Assembly (NCBI GenBank): GCA_964590575.1
Contig: CAZPWM010000005.1
Span: forward strand, 1 to 63,001
Origin: an uncultured archaeon
GTDB lineage: Archaea > Asgardarchaeota > Thorarchaeia > Thorarchaeales > Thorarchaeaceae
DNA: 63,001 nt
Direction of reading: 5' to 3'
A program made the translations under genes and the position numbers. The notes below the pieces were generated by a model. The model was not told where the DNA came from. It worked only from the letters and a program-made list of their open reading frames with translations, and searched no databases. Below are positions 20,304 through 29,243 of this stretch, piece after piece (position 1 is the stretch's first letter; each line of letters begins with the position of its first letter).

Positions 20304-20614
20304 TGGTTCCGCTCTCATGGTATCTTATTCTTGCCTTTATGCTGATAGGCTTAGGTAGCTATGGGATGATGGTCAAGAGGAACCTCATCCGAATTCTTAT
20401 AGGCGCTGAAATCATGGGGAACGGGGTTAACATCGCTCTTGTAGCCCTTTCACTCTATAGTCCCGCCTTTACATTCACCGGTCAAGGACTGATTATCCTC
20501 GTCATCTCAGTTGCAGCAGCTCATACTGCCTTGGCTCTAGTTTTGATGCTTATGTACAACCGACGTTATGATTCAGTTGACCTTGGACAACCGATCGAAA
20601 TGGAGGCACCATAA
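20303..20614 (+). CDS. nuoK: Complex I subunit K
   Basis: KRNLIRILIGAEIM, VAAAHTAL; three TMs. Confidence 0.9.
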   Translation: MVPLSWYLILAFMLIGLGSYGMMVKRNLIRILIGAEIMGNGVNIALVALSLYSPAFTFTGQGLIILVISVAAAHTALALVLMLMYNRRYDSVDLGQPIEMEAP

Positions 20615-20615
20615 G

Positions 20616-21119
20616 ATGTCTACAATCGGAAGAGCGGTTATCAACAAGATACCCGAGGTGACATCGAATCCCCTAGGTGATAACAAGATTGAGCTTGTTG
20701 TTCCCAAAGACAAGATTCGAGATGTTGTCAGGATAATAGATGAGGAACTCCCAGATGCGATGCCGGAGTCAGTTTTTGGAATAGACCTCGAGAATGATCA
20801 ATACGAGCTCATCTACATCTTCTGGTCATATACTAATCGTACATTGGTCCAACTCCGAGTTTCCCTCGCTGGCGAAACTCCTGAAATTGAGAGTACATGC
20901 GATATCTTCCCTGGTCTGGAATGGCATGAGAGAGAGGCCCGAGAGATGTTTGGCATCGAGTTCAAGAATCATCCTGATCCACGACTCTTCCTACTGCCCG
21001 ATGAGTTGGATGGAGCATACCCACTCCGCAAGAGATTCCAGACTGACCAAAGCAGATTGAATGAAACTGGTATCACTCCGCCAAAACCACGACCCAAAGA
21101 GGGAGGTGAAGACAAGTGA
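20616..21119 (+). CDS. nuoC: Complex I subunit C
   Basis: WHEREAREMFGIEFKNHPDPRLFLLP...YPLRK. ATG 20616 directly follows the nuoK stop (track 20568). Confidence 0.92.
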   Translation: MSTIGRAVINKIPEVTSNPLGDNKIELVVPKDKIRDVVRIIDEELPDAMPESVFGIDLENDQYELIYIFWSYTNRTLVQLRVSLAGETPEIESTCDIFPGLEWHEREAREMFGIEFKNHPDPRLFLLPDELDGAYPLRKRFQTDQSRLNETGITPPKPRPKEGGEDK

Positions 21120-22252
21120 GTCCCGACATTCTTGATGAAGCAATGGAGATCTGGTTTGGCCCTCAACACGTTTCTGCTCATGGTTGGGCAACCAAATTGA
21201 CATTGGTCGGTGACTATGTGGTTGAGTGTGACCCAAATGCAGGTTACTTCCACCGCTCCGCTGAGAAAGTCCTTGAGTACAAGAACTTTAGACAGGGTGC
21301 ACTTGTATTAGAAAGAATGTGTATGCTTGAGGCATTCTTAGCTGAGTACCCCTATGTTGCAGCGGTGGAGAAAATTGCAGAACTCGAGGTGCCAGAACGC
21401 GCAAAGGTCATGCGAACCATCATGATGGAGATGTCCCGTCTTCACAGCATTCAGTTCTGGTGGGGTCAGTTCAACGCAGAGCTTGGATTTTTCACAATGG
21501 CTCTCTGGCCCTGGGTTGACCGAGAATACTCACTTGATGCCTTTGAAGAGCTAACAGGGTCACGACACACTGTTTCATACTCTACTCCAGGTGGTGTGAA
21601 ATACGATTTCACCGAGAAGTTCATGAAACAACTTAACCGTGCCATCGATCGCTTTGAGGATAGACTGCCCAAATTCAGGGATATGCAAATGGGTAGTCCC
21701 ACTTTTAGAGCAAGAACCGAGAATATCGGCCTATACGATGTCAAACAGGGTCTCAAATGGGGATTGAGTGGTCCCCCTATCAAAGCCTGCGGTGTCCCAA
21801 TGGACCTGAGAAAGGATGACCCCGATTCAAACCTTGCGTACGACATGGTGGACTGGGAAGTGCCCATAACAGAGAATCGTGAACATCCGGGTCAGAGCGA
21901 CGCCCTTGATAGGATGGAGCAACGATTTGCGGAAGCTGAAACTGCTTGTGAGATTATCAAACAGCTGATACCTCAGATTCCAGAAGGACCGATAATTGAT
22001 CCTAAGGCTCGCGCCAAAGCAAATAGACTTCCTGAAGGGGAAGCATACGCCAGAGTGGAGGGCACACGAGGTATCACAACACTGTGGCTCAAGACTCAAG
22101 ACAAAGCGCAGACCGCGTATCGAGCAAAGATACGTGGACCTTGTATCGCCTCATACTATGCATTGAAGGACTTAGTGCCTGGCTCGAAGTTTGCAGACTT
22201 CATTGTAATATTTGGAAGCTTAGATCCATATCCAGGGTGGTGGGATCGCTGA
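21116..22252 (+). CDS. nuoD: Complex I subunit D (no NiFe site)
   Basis: GPQHVSAHG, GYFHRSAEK, ELTGSR, EGTRG, YRAKIRGP; C-terminal SLDPYPGWWDR lacks CxxC. Confidence 0.92.
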   Translation: MSPDILDEAMEIWFGPQHVSAHGWATKLTLVGDYVVECDPNAGYFHRSAEKVLEYKNFRQGALVLERMCMLEAFLAEYPYVAAVEKIAELEVPERAKVMRTIMMEMSRLHSIQFWWGQFNAELGFFTMALWPWVDREYSLDAFEELTGSRHTVSYSTPGGVKYDFTEKFMKQLNRAIDRFEDRLPKFRDMQMGSPTFRARTENIGLYDVKQGLKWGLSGPPIKACGVPMDLRKDDPDSNLAYDMVDWEVPITENREHPGQSDALDRMEQRFAEAETACEIIKQLIPQIPEGPIIDPKARAKANRLPEGEAYARVEGTRGITTLWLKTQDKAQTAYRAKIRGPCIASYYALKDLVPGSKFADFIVIFGSLDPYPGWWDR

Positions 22253-22263
22253 TGGGAGGTGTC

Positions 22264-23403
22264 ATGTTGCAATTCGACTTCTTTGCATGGCTTGCTGGGA
22301 TTCCAACCTGGCTTGAAAGCGTGCTTTTCTGGATATGGGGTATAGTCAAAGGCATCATCCTGTGGATCTGGGACGTTATTGTATGGGTTTGGGGACTTGT
22401 ATTTGCTCCTGACAACTTCATGTTTCTCTTCCGTGCTGTCCTGTTCCCCGGTCTGATATTCGTGGTTCTAACTCTGATTTGGGCCGTTTGGTTCACTAGA
22501 AAATTATGGGCTAGAATCCAAGATAGACGTGGTCCTGTACATATGGGTAAGTATGGTGGACTCCAATTGTTTGCTGACGCGATCAAACTAATCGCAAAGG
22601 AAACTATCATTCCTGACAAAGCGAAGAGATGGATGTTTAGGTTCCTACCAGGATTTCTCCTCATCATGGTACTCTTGCCATTCTGCTTCATACCTTGGGA
22701 TTTTGATTATTGGTTCATTGCAGACCTTTCAGTTAGTCTAGTACTGGTCTTCGCCTTTCTCACTGCAGTTCCTGTTATTGCTCTATTGGCTGGTTGGGTC
22801 AGTGGTTCAAAGTACTCACTCATTGGTGGATTTAGGGCGGCCAACAATCAGTTTGCAGCTGAGATTCCTATGATTATCTCAACAATCGGACCTGCTCTGC
22901 TGGCAGGTTCTCTGAGTCTCATGGGCATAGCACAAGCGCAGACTAATGTCTGGTTTGCAATATTGTTGCCAATCAACCTAGCAACTTTCCTAGTTGCAGC
23001 AATTGCATCTGTGGGTATATTTCCATTCGATGCTCCTGTTGCAGACTCTGAGATCATCTTCGGATGGAGAACAGAGTTCACAGGCATCCACTTCACACTC
23101 ACGTATTTTGCAGAGTTTGCAGAACAGATGTTATACTCCGCACTCATAGTTGCCCTGTTCTTAGGAGGACCGATTGGGTTCCCATTCCTACCGGGTGCAG
23201 TGAACTTCATCATCAAGTTCCTGATAACGTTCTTCTTCTTTGTACTTGTGAGTTCATCATTCCAAAGACTCAGACAAGACCAGATTGTCCACTACTGCTG
23301 GAAATATCTACTACCACTTGCGCTCTTGAATGTCATAATCGCAATGTTCGCGATAGTCTACCTTCCTGGACTGGCAGCATTATTCCCCTTAGGAGGCGGT
23401 TAA
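22264..23403 (+). CDS. nuoH: Complex I subunit H
   Basis: RKLWARIQDRRGP, LQLFADAIKLIAKE, SKYSLIGGFRA, PFD, RLRQDQ..CWKYLLP. ATG 22264 follows GGAGGT (alternative 22252). Confidence 0.93.
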   Translation: MLQFDFFAWLAGIPTWLESVLFWIWGIVKGIILWIWDVIVWVWGLVFAPDNFMFLFRAVLFPGLIFVVLTLIWAVWFTRKLWARIQDRRGPVHMGKYGGLQLFADAIKLIAKETIIPDKAKRWMFRFLPGFLLIMVLLPFCFIPWDFDYWFIADLSVSLVLVFAFLTAVPVIALLAGWVSGSKYSLIGGFRAANNQFAAEIPMIISTIGPALLAGSLSLMGIAQAQTNVWFAILLPINLATFLVAAIASVGIFPFDAPVADSEIIFGWRTEFTGIHFTLTYFAEFAEQMLYSALIVALFLGGPIGFPFLPGAVNFIIKFLITFFFFVLVSSSFQRLRQDQIVHYCWKYLLPLALLNVIIAMFAIVYLPGLAALFPLGGG

Positions 23404-23406
23404 ACG

Positions 23407-23838
23407 ATGGGTTTCTTCAGTGTATTAGGTGATTGCTTCCAGATTTTGAAACATACATTCAGACAGGTCTTCAAGAGACCCTTCACATACTTCTTCCCAT
23501 TCGAAGATAGAATCTATCCTGAAAGGACAAGGGGTAGACATATTCATGTGCGTCAGAATTGTACAGCCTGTGCACAGTGTGTCCGCGCATGTCCAGTGGT
23601 AGCGATCCGTATGGACAAGGAAGATAAGATGTACGAGAAAGACTGTGCTCTGACCTTTGACTACACACGCTGTATCTTCTGTGGTCTATGTGTTGAGGCT
23701 TGTAGATTCGAAGCTCTATTCCACACTCCTGTTGTTGACCTGAGTGAAGGTGACCGGGAAGACCTCATCTACGGTCCTGACAAAATTGAAACCCTTGATA
23801 GAGACCCGTTAAAGTGGCGCGGAAGGAGGTTCCGTTAG
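23407..23838 (+). CDS. nuoI: Complex I subunit I (2x[4Fe-4S])
   Basis: PERTRGRH, CTACAQCVRACP, CIFCGLCVEAC. Confidence 0.93.
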   Translation: MGFFSVLGDCFQILKHTFRQVFKRPFTYFFPFEDRIYPERTRGRHIHVRQNCTACAQCVRACPVVAIRMDKEDKMYEKDCALTFDYTRCIFCGLCVEACRFEALFHTPVVDLSEGDREDLIYGPDKIETLDRDPLKWRGRRFR

Positions 23839-25371
23839 ATGCAGATCACAAACCTCCCGTTTGCTGCCCTATCATTAGCAGTGCTCTTCTTTGGAGCACT
23901 CATGATCTATGTGTTCAAAGACAGTCTTCAGAAATCTGCAGGAAGAGTTGCAGTTGGAATTTCAGGTGTAGCGTCCCTATTGATGGTCTATCCTTTCTTT
24001 CAAGTATTCAACGGGTCTACATACGAAGAGTATGCGACCTGGTCCAGCCTTCTCGAGCAATTCGGTCTAAGGCTTGATGGAATTGCCTTTCCAATCACAT
24101 TTGCAGTTGTCGTGTTAGGTTTTCTATCAGTTGTTTACGCTATTGGTTATACAGAGCATAGTGAGAATAAACCAACCTTCTTCGCTAACACACTCTTCTT
24201 CCTAATGGGAATGCAATGGGTTACCTTAGCAACGAACCTGATCGAATTTTTCATAGCTTGGGAGCTCATGTTGGTTCCCGCTTATTTCCTGATTCTATTC
24301 TGGGGACTACCTGATACTCGAAAGCGAACAGCTATGAAGTTCTGGCTCTACACTCAATCTGGTGCAGTCTGTATCTTGGTTGGCTTTGGAATTCTATATT
24401 CCCTTACAGGGTCATTCGACTTAGCCTTAATTCAACCCGGGATTGACTCACTTGCTCTCGGCGCAATACTACCCGGTCTTGGTATCACTGTTGGCACGAT
24501 ATTAAAATTAGTCTTCATTCTCCTTGCCGCAGGATTCCTTGTGAAGATGGCTGTCTTCCCCATTCATTGGTGGCTCCCACCGGTTCATGCTGAGGCTCCT
24601 ACTCCTATCTCTGTCTTGCTTTCAGGTGCAATGATTGAGACCGGTGCCTACGCGTTGGTGCGGTTTGGATCTCTTACCTTGATAGATGCTGCAATTCAAC
24701 TATCGTTCTTTGTTGCAGCCTTGGGAGTCATCACCATGTTTTATGGTGGTTTCATGGCTCTTGCACAGATTGACATCAAGAGGCTCCTTGCATATTCATC
24801 GGTATCTCAGATGGGATACGTACTGTTTGCCTTGGGTGTGTACTCACCCATGGGTGCTGCAGGTGGAATGTTCCATTTGATCAATCATGCTTTCTCAAAG
24901 GGTCTGTTGTTTATGACCGCAGGTGCTGTGATCCATCAGACTGGCCTACGTGACATAACTAAGATGGGCGGTCTCTCGAACAAGATGCCAATCACAGCTT
25001 TTGCTGCTGCTATTGGAATGATGAGCATTGCAGGAAGTCCTCCTCTCTCTGGATTCGCAAGTGAGTGGATGATGTTCCTCGGAGGGTTCGAGCGAGCGGT
25101 CGTAGGTGGTGCAATAGCAAGTCTACCATTCCTTATTCTAACTATCATAGCAGCATCAAGTTCAATTCTCAGCGCAGGTTATATGATGCGCTTTTTCTGG
25201 AAGGTCTTCCTTGGCCCTCATCCAGATGAGTTGGAAGATGTGAAAGAGAGTTCCAACTCTATGACCATCCCTATGATCATACTTGGAATCCTCATTGTAA
25301 TCTTTGGAATATTCCCAGGACTGGCACTGGATGTCATTGTCCCGGCGGTTCAAGGAATCGTTGCTCCCTGA
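23839..25371 (+). CDS. Additional antiporter-like subunit (NuoM/HyfB/MrpD-like)
   Basis: FFIAWELM, VKMAVFPIHWWLPPVHAEAPT, KRLLAYSS, NHAFSKGLLF, GFASEW. Confidence 0.88.
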   Translation: MQITNLPFAALSLAVLFFGALMIYVFKDSLQKSAGRVAVGISGVASLLMVYPFFQVFNGSTYEEYATWSSLLEQFGLRLDGIAFPITFAVVVLGFLSVVYAIGYTEHSENKPTFFANTLFFLMGMQWVTLATNLIEFFIAWELMLVPAYFLILFWGLPDTRKRTAMKFWLYTQSGAVCILVGFGILYSLTGSFDLALIQPGIDSLALGAILPGLGITVGTILKLVFILLAAGFLVKMAVFPIHWWLPPVHAEAPTPISVLLSGAMIETGAYALVRFGSLTLIDAAIQLSFFVAALGVITMFYGGFMALAQIDIKRLLAYSSVSQMGYVLFALGVYSPMGAAGGMFHLINHAFSKGLLFMTAGAVIHQTGLRDITKMGGLSNKMPITAFAAAIGMMSIAGSPPLSGFASEWMMFLGGFERAVVGGAIASLPFLILTIIAASSSILSAGYMMRFFWKVFLGPHPDELEDVKESSNSMTIPMIILGILIVIFGIFPGLALDVIVPAVQGIVAP

Positions 25372-25381
25372 GGTGATTTAG

Positions 25382-27637
25382 ATGCTGTTCGGTCTACCTT
25401 ACTATCTAATCCTCGTCATCCCCTTGGCTGGTTCACTGCTAGTCCCAGTTGTTGGACGCTACAGTGAGAAGCTCAGGGACTGGACACCTGCAATCTTCAT
25501 GGGCATCGCTATGGTCCTCTGTTGGTCTCTTCTCCTAGAGATTGATCATGCCACTCAGCCTACTAGCTGGGTATGGATAGAGGCACTAGGAATAGAGTTC
25601 AGTGTTCTACTTGACCCACTGTCTGTCATAATGGCTGTTCTAGCAAGCACACTTTGTTTCCTCATCTATGTATACAGCACGGAATACATTGCTGATGATG
25701 AAGACCGCAATCGGTTCTTCTTCCTGATGCTCGCTTTTGGTGGTGGCATGCTTACACTCGTGTTGAGCAACAACTTGTTAATCGGGTTTATTGGATGGGA
25801 AATCATGGGCTTCTGCTCCTATGGCCTCATTGGCTTCTGGAACGACAAGAGGAATCCTCCTGAGGAGGACCCAACTGGCTATGAGCAGAACAATCCATTG
25901 CTCCAGTTCGAGACCGAAGGCGCATACAACAGCTACTGTGGAACAAAAGCCTTCATCGTCACACGGATTGGTGACGCCTTCATGCTGGGTGGCATCCTTC
26001 TCCTCTTCATGTTCACGGGCTCCTTCCTGTTCACAGACATGGCTGATCCTGTACATTTGTCGAACAACTGGTGGGAGAACATGGCATCCGTAGGGATTCT
26101 GATTCCTGCACTGCTCCTCATCTTCATGGGTGCCATCGGAAAATCCGGTCAAGCTCCCCTACAGGTGTGGCTTCCTGAAGCCATGGCAGGTCCGACTCCG
26201 GTTTCGGCTTTGATTCACGCTGCAACCATGGTGAAGGCAGGTGTTTACATCACCGCCCGATTCTTAATCACAATAGTAAGTGCGTCAGGCATCCACGCAG
26301 AGATTGGACCAGGTCCTCCAAGCTTCACATCAGCTCAAATCTTTGGCTTTGAGGCTGCGCTGACCTTCTTCATCATCGTGGCTATTATTGGTGGAATTAC
26401 TGCTATTATGACTGCAACAATGGGAATGGTTTCCAATGAGTTGAAACAGATTCTAGCATTCTCGACGCTGTCGCAGCTTGGATACATGATTCTAGCACTG
26501 GGAGTTGGAGGAGTTCTCCAAGCAAATCACCTTCACTATGACCAGGCGTATCTGAGTGGTGTCTTACACGTTGTATCACATGGAGCCTTCAAAGCACTCC
26601 TGTTTCTTGCCTCCGGTGGTGTGATACATGCACTGCATACGAAGTACATCTCAAAGATGGGCGGACTCCGGAAACATATGCGGAAGACGTTCATTGTCAT
26701 GTGGATAGGCGTCTTGGCCTTAGCAGGCATCCCACCCTTCTCAGGCTTCTGGTCAAAAGACTCAATCATTGAGTACACCTATGAACTTGCTGCACACTGG
26801 ACAAATCCAATTGGATGGATTCTATTCATCTTTGCAATTCTAGCAGCAGCCTGCACCATATTCTACAGCTTCAGATTGATGGGCATCACATTCTATGGAC
26901 CCCCACAGGGTGAATCTCATGACTCTCATGAAACTCACGAGGATGAAACTGAGTCTCACGCTGAGGAAGAACATCACGATGACCATCATCAGACACCACA
27001 CGATCCTGGTCCAGCTATGATGGTGCCGCTCTACATACTCGCTGCATTCACGGTCATTGCTTTTGCTGTGTTTCCAATCCTTCAGAACATTGTACTGAAT
27101 GAGAGCAATACATGGATAGAGACCATGACTGAAATGATCGTGGTCAAACTCACTATGCCTGGACTTGTTCCCTTCGTTATCACTTTGGGCGCTCTGGCTA
27201 TTGGTGGGATTCCGGGTTACATCATTTACATCAAGAATTCTAACAAACCAAACACAATCATTGGTGAGAAAGGCTTCAGTCGCAAGATCTACACTTTCCT
27301 CAGACACAGGTGGTACATCAACGAAGGATATCATTGGATTCTTGGAAAATTCCTCAACTTTGCTGCCATGTGGCGAGTCCGAGTGGATGACAAAATCATT
27401 GATGGCATTGACTTCAAGTCTGCTGATGCAGCGATAACCATCTCCACAAAGGTTCGCTGGTTTGATGACAATGTTGTCGATGGGTTTGCTGAGAGCATCT
27501 CAACCCAGAGTGTCAAAGCCTCAGAAACCAGCTTAGCTGAGACGCAGACAGGACGAATCAATGACTACGTTAGCGTGGTGATATTCGGTATAGGAATACT
27601 GGTTATCCTCGCACTGGTTTCATTGGGAGTGATATAG
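25382..27637 (+). CDS. nuoL: Complex I subunit L
   Basis: GWEIMG..SYGLIGFW, KAFIVTRIGD, KSGQAPLQVWLPEAMAGPTPVSALIHAATMVKAGVY, HGAFKALLFL, GFWSKD; lateral helix ending QTGRINDY. Confidence 0.95.
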   Translation: MLFGLPYYLILVIPLAGSLLVPVVGRYSEKLRDWTPAIFMGIAMVLCWSLLLEIDHATQPTSWVWIEALGIEFSVLLDPLSVIMAVLASTLCFLIYVYSTEYIADDEDRNRFFFLMLAFGGGMLTLVLSNNLLIGFIGWEIMGFCSYGLIGFWNDKRNPPEEDPTGYEQNNPLLQFETEGAYNSYCGTKAFIVTRIGDAFMLGGILLLFMFTGSFLFTDMADPVHLSNNWWENMASVGILIPALLLIFMGAIGKSGQAPLQVWLPEAMAGPTPVSALIHAATMVKAGVYITARFLITIVSASGIHAEIGPGPPSFTSAQIFGFEAALTFFIIVAIIGGITAIMTATMGMVSNELKQILAFSTLSQLGYMILALGVGGVLQANHLHYDQAYLSGVLHVVSHGAFKALLFLASGGVIHALHTKYISKMGGLRKHMRKTFIVMWIGVLALAGIPPFSGFWSKDSIIEYTYELAAHWTNPIGWILFIFAILAAACTIFYSFRLMGITFYGPPQGESHDSHETHEDETESHAEEEHHDDHHQTPHDPGPAMMVPLYILAAFTVIAFAVFPILQNIVLNESNTWIETMTEMIVVKLTMPGLVPFVITLGALAIGGIPGYIIYIKNSNKPNTIIGEKGFSRKIYTFLRHRWYINEGYHWILGKFLNFAAMWRVRVDDKIIDGIDFKSADAAITISTKVRWFDDNVVDGFAESISTQSVKASETSLAETQTGRINDYVSVVIFGIGILVILALVSLGVI

Positions 27638-27638
27638 A

Positions 27639-29243
27639 ATGCAATTAGACTTCGCCTTAAACATCCTGAACTCATTACCCTTTGGACCGCTAGGGTTCAT
27701 GCTGATCTTACCACTAGCTGCTGCATTAATAGCATACTTTGCAGGAAAAGGAGCCAGAGCTATAACACTACTAGTCACTGCTGTTGAACTTGGACTATCA
27801 CTCCTGTTGGTTCTAGCGGTTGACACAAGTGAGATTCTTGCTACAGACTCAGTTGCTGGTATGCAGTTTGTCGAATACTTTGTTATGGGAACGATTCCTG
27901 TTGGAGCCACTGATACAGTGTTCCAGTTTATCCTTGGAGTTGACGGACTCTCTGCAATAATGCTTCTACTCTCGAACCTCGTTGTGTTCATTGCAGCAAT
28001 CAGCTCAAACCACATTCACAAGTCTGAAGGTTTCTACTACTCACTCTTCATGCTTCTACAGGTAGGTCTCATGGGCGTGTTCATGTCCATGGATTTGATC
28101 GGATTTTTCATTTTCTGGGAACTGGTTCTCATCCCGATGTTCTTCATCATCGGAAGATGGGGCGAGGAGGGCTGTCAGCATGCGGCTGTGAAGTTCTTTA
28201 TCTATACCCATCTTGGCTCAGCAGTGATGCTGGTCGCATTCTTCATGATGTACCTCATCGCGGGAGATGCAACTGGCACATATACGTTCGCTATGATTGG
28301 CGCTGATGGACTGAGAAGCACTCTTCCAACACTTGCTCCAATGATTCAGATTGGTTTTGCACTAGCCATATTCATGGGTGCCGGAGTCAAGCTACCTGTC
28401 TGGCCGCTACACAACTGGCTTCCATGGGCGCACGTCAAAGCTCCCACGCCTGGTTCAGTCATACTTGCTGGCATCCTTCTGAAGATGGGCGGTTACACAT
28501 TTATCCGTCTTGGGCTCTGGTTGGTGCCAAGTGCATTTGCACGATTGAGCATCCCGTTTGCAGCATTAGCCATCTTCACCTGTATTTATGCTGCATTCAC
28601 AGCAATGGCTCAGACAGATTTGAAGAGCCTCGTCGCATATACCTCAATCAATCACATGTCCTGGGTACTTCTTGGTGTAGCTGTAGCAGCATTTGGTATT
28701 GGTCTCGATCCACTTGTCGCAGCTAATGTGGCTTACATCAATGCAGCAAACTTGGCACTTCAAGGAGCGATATTCATGATGTTCAGTCATGGAACTATCA
28801 TCTCTGTGATGTTTATCATGGCTGGTCAACTCAAGTACTCAGCTGGCACGCGTGAGATTCCTGATATTAAAGGTCTCATGACTAAAGCGCCGCGTCTCTC
28901 AGCAATCTTGATACTTGCCGCCTTTGCGGCCTTTGGTCTGCCGGGATTCAGCGGCTTCATAGCAGAAGCACTGGTCATCTTTGGGTCCGTTGTAATCTAC
29001 CTCTGGGCTGCAATCATCACATTTGGAATATTCATAACAGTGGGCTATGTCCTATGGATGTTGAACCGAATTGTGTTCAGCGACCCTGACCCCGAGAAGG
29101 AAGTTTCAGAGGCACCTTGGACTGACCTCATCGCACCTATTCTGATGATGATACCAGTCATCCTCTTGGGTATATGGCCTGACCTTGTCCTTAACTTCAC
29201 ACAAGCAGTCGTCACTTTCATCATTGGAGGTGTTGCACCATGA
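27639..29243 (+). CDS. nuoM: Complex I subunit M
   Basis: GVDGLS, FWELVLIPM, KFFIYT, VKLPVWPLHNWLPWAHVKAPT, LAGILLKMGGY, SHG, GFIAE. Confidence 0.94.
   Translation: MQLDFALNILNSLPFGPLGFMLILPLAAALIAYFAGKGARAITLLVTAVELGLSLLLVLAVDTSEILATDSVAGMQFVEYFVMGTIPVGATDTVFQFILGVDGLSAIMLLLSNLVVFIAAISSNHIHKSEGFYYSLFMLLQVGLMGVFMSMDLIGFFIFWELVLIPMFFIIGRWGEEGCQHAAVKFFIYTHLGSAVMLVAFFMMYLIAGDATGTYTFAMIGADGLRSTLPTLAPMIQIGFALAIFMGAGVKLPVWPLHNWLPWAHVKAPTPGSVILAGILLKMGGYTFIRLGLWLVPSAFARLSIPFAALAIFTCIYAAFTAMAQTDLKSLVAYTSINHMSWVLLGVAVAAFGIGLDPLVAANVAYINAANLALQGAIFMMFSHGTIISVMFIMAGQLKYSAGTREIPDIKGLMTKAPRLSAILILAAFAAFGLPGFSGFIAEALVIFGSVVIYLWAAIITFGIFITVGYVLWMLNRIVFSDPDPEKEVSEAPWTDLIAPILMMIPVILLGIWPDLVLNFTQAVVTFIIGGVAP

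Noticed and set aside
21116-22252. Group 4 [NiFe]-hydrogenase large subunit
   Set aside because: Both CxxC motifs are absent (ERMCMLE keeps one Cys; the C-terminus is DPYPGWWDR) and no maturation genes are present
22084-22263. N-terminal 60 aa of the 439-aa nuoH ORF
   Set aside because: Overlaps nuoD in another frame; an ATG with a GGAGGT RBS lies at 22264
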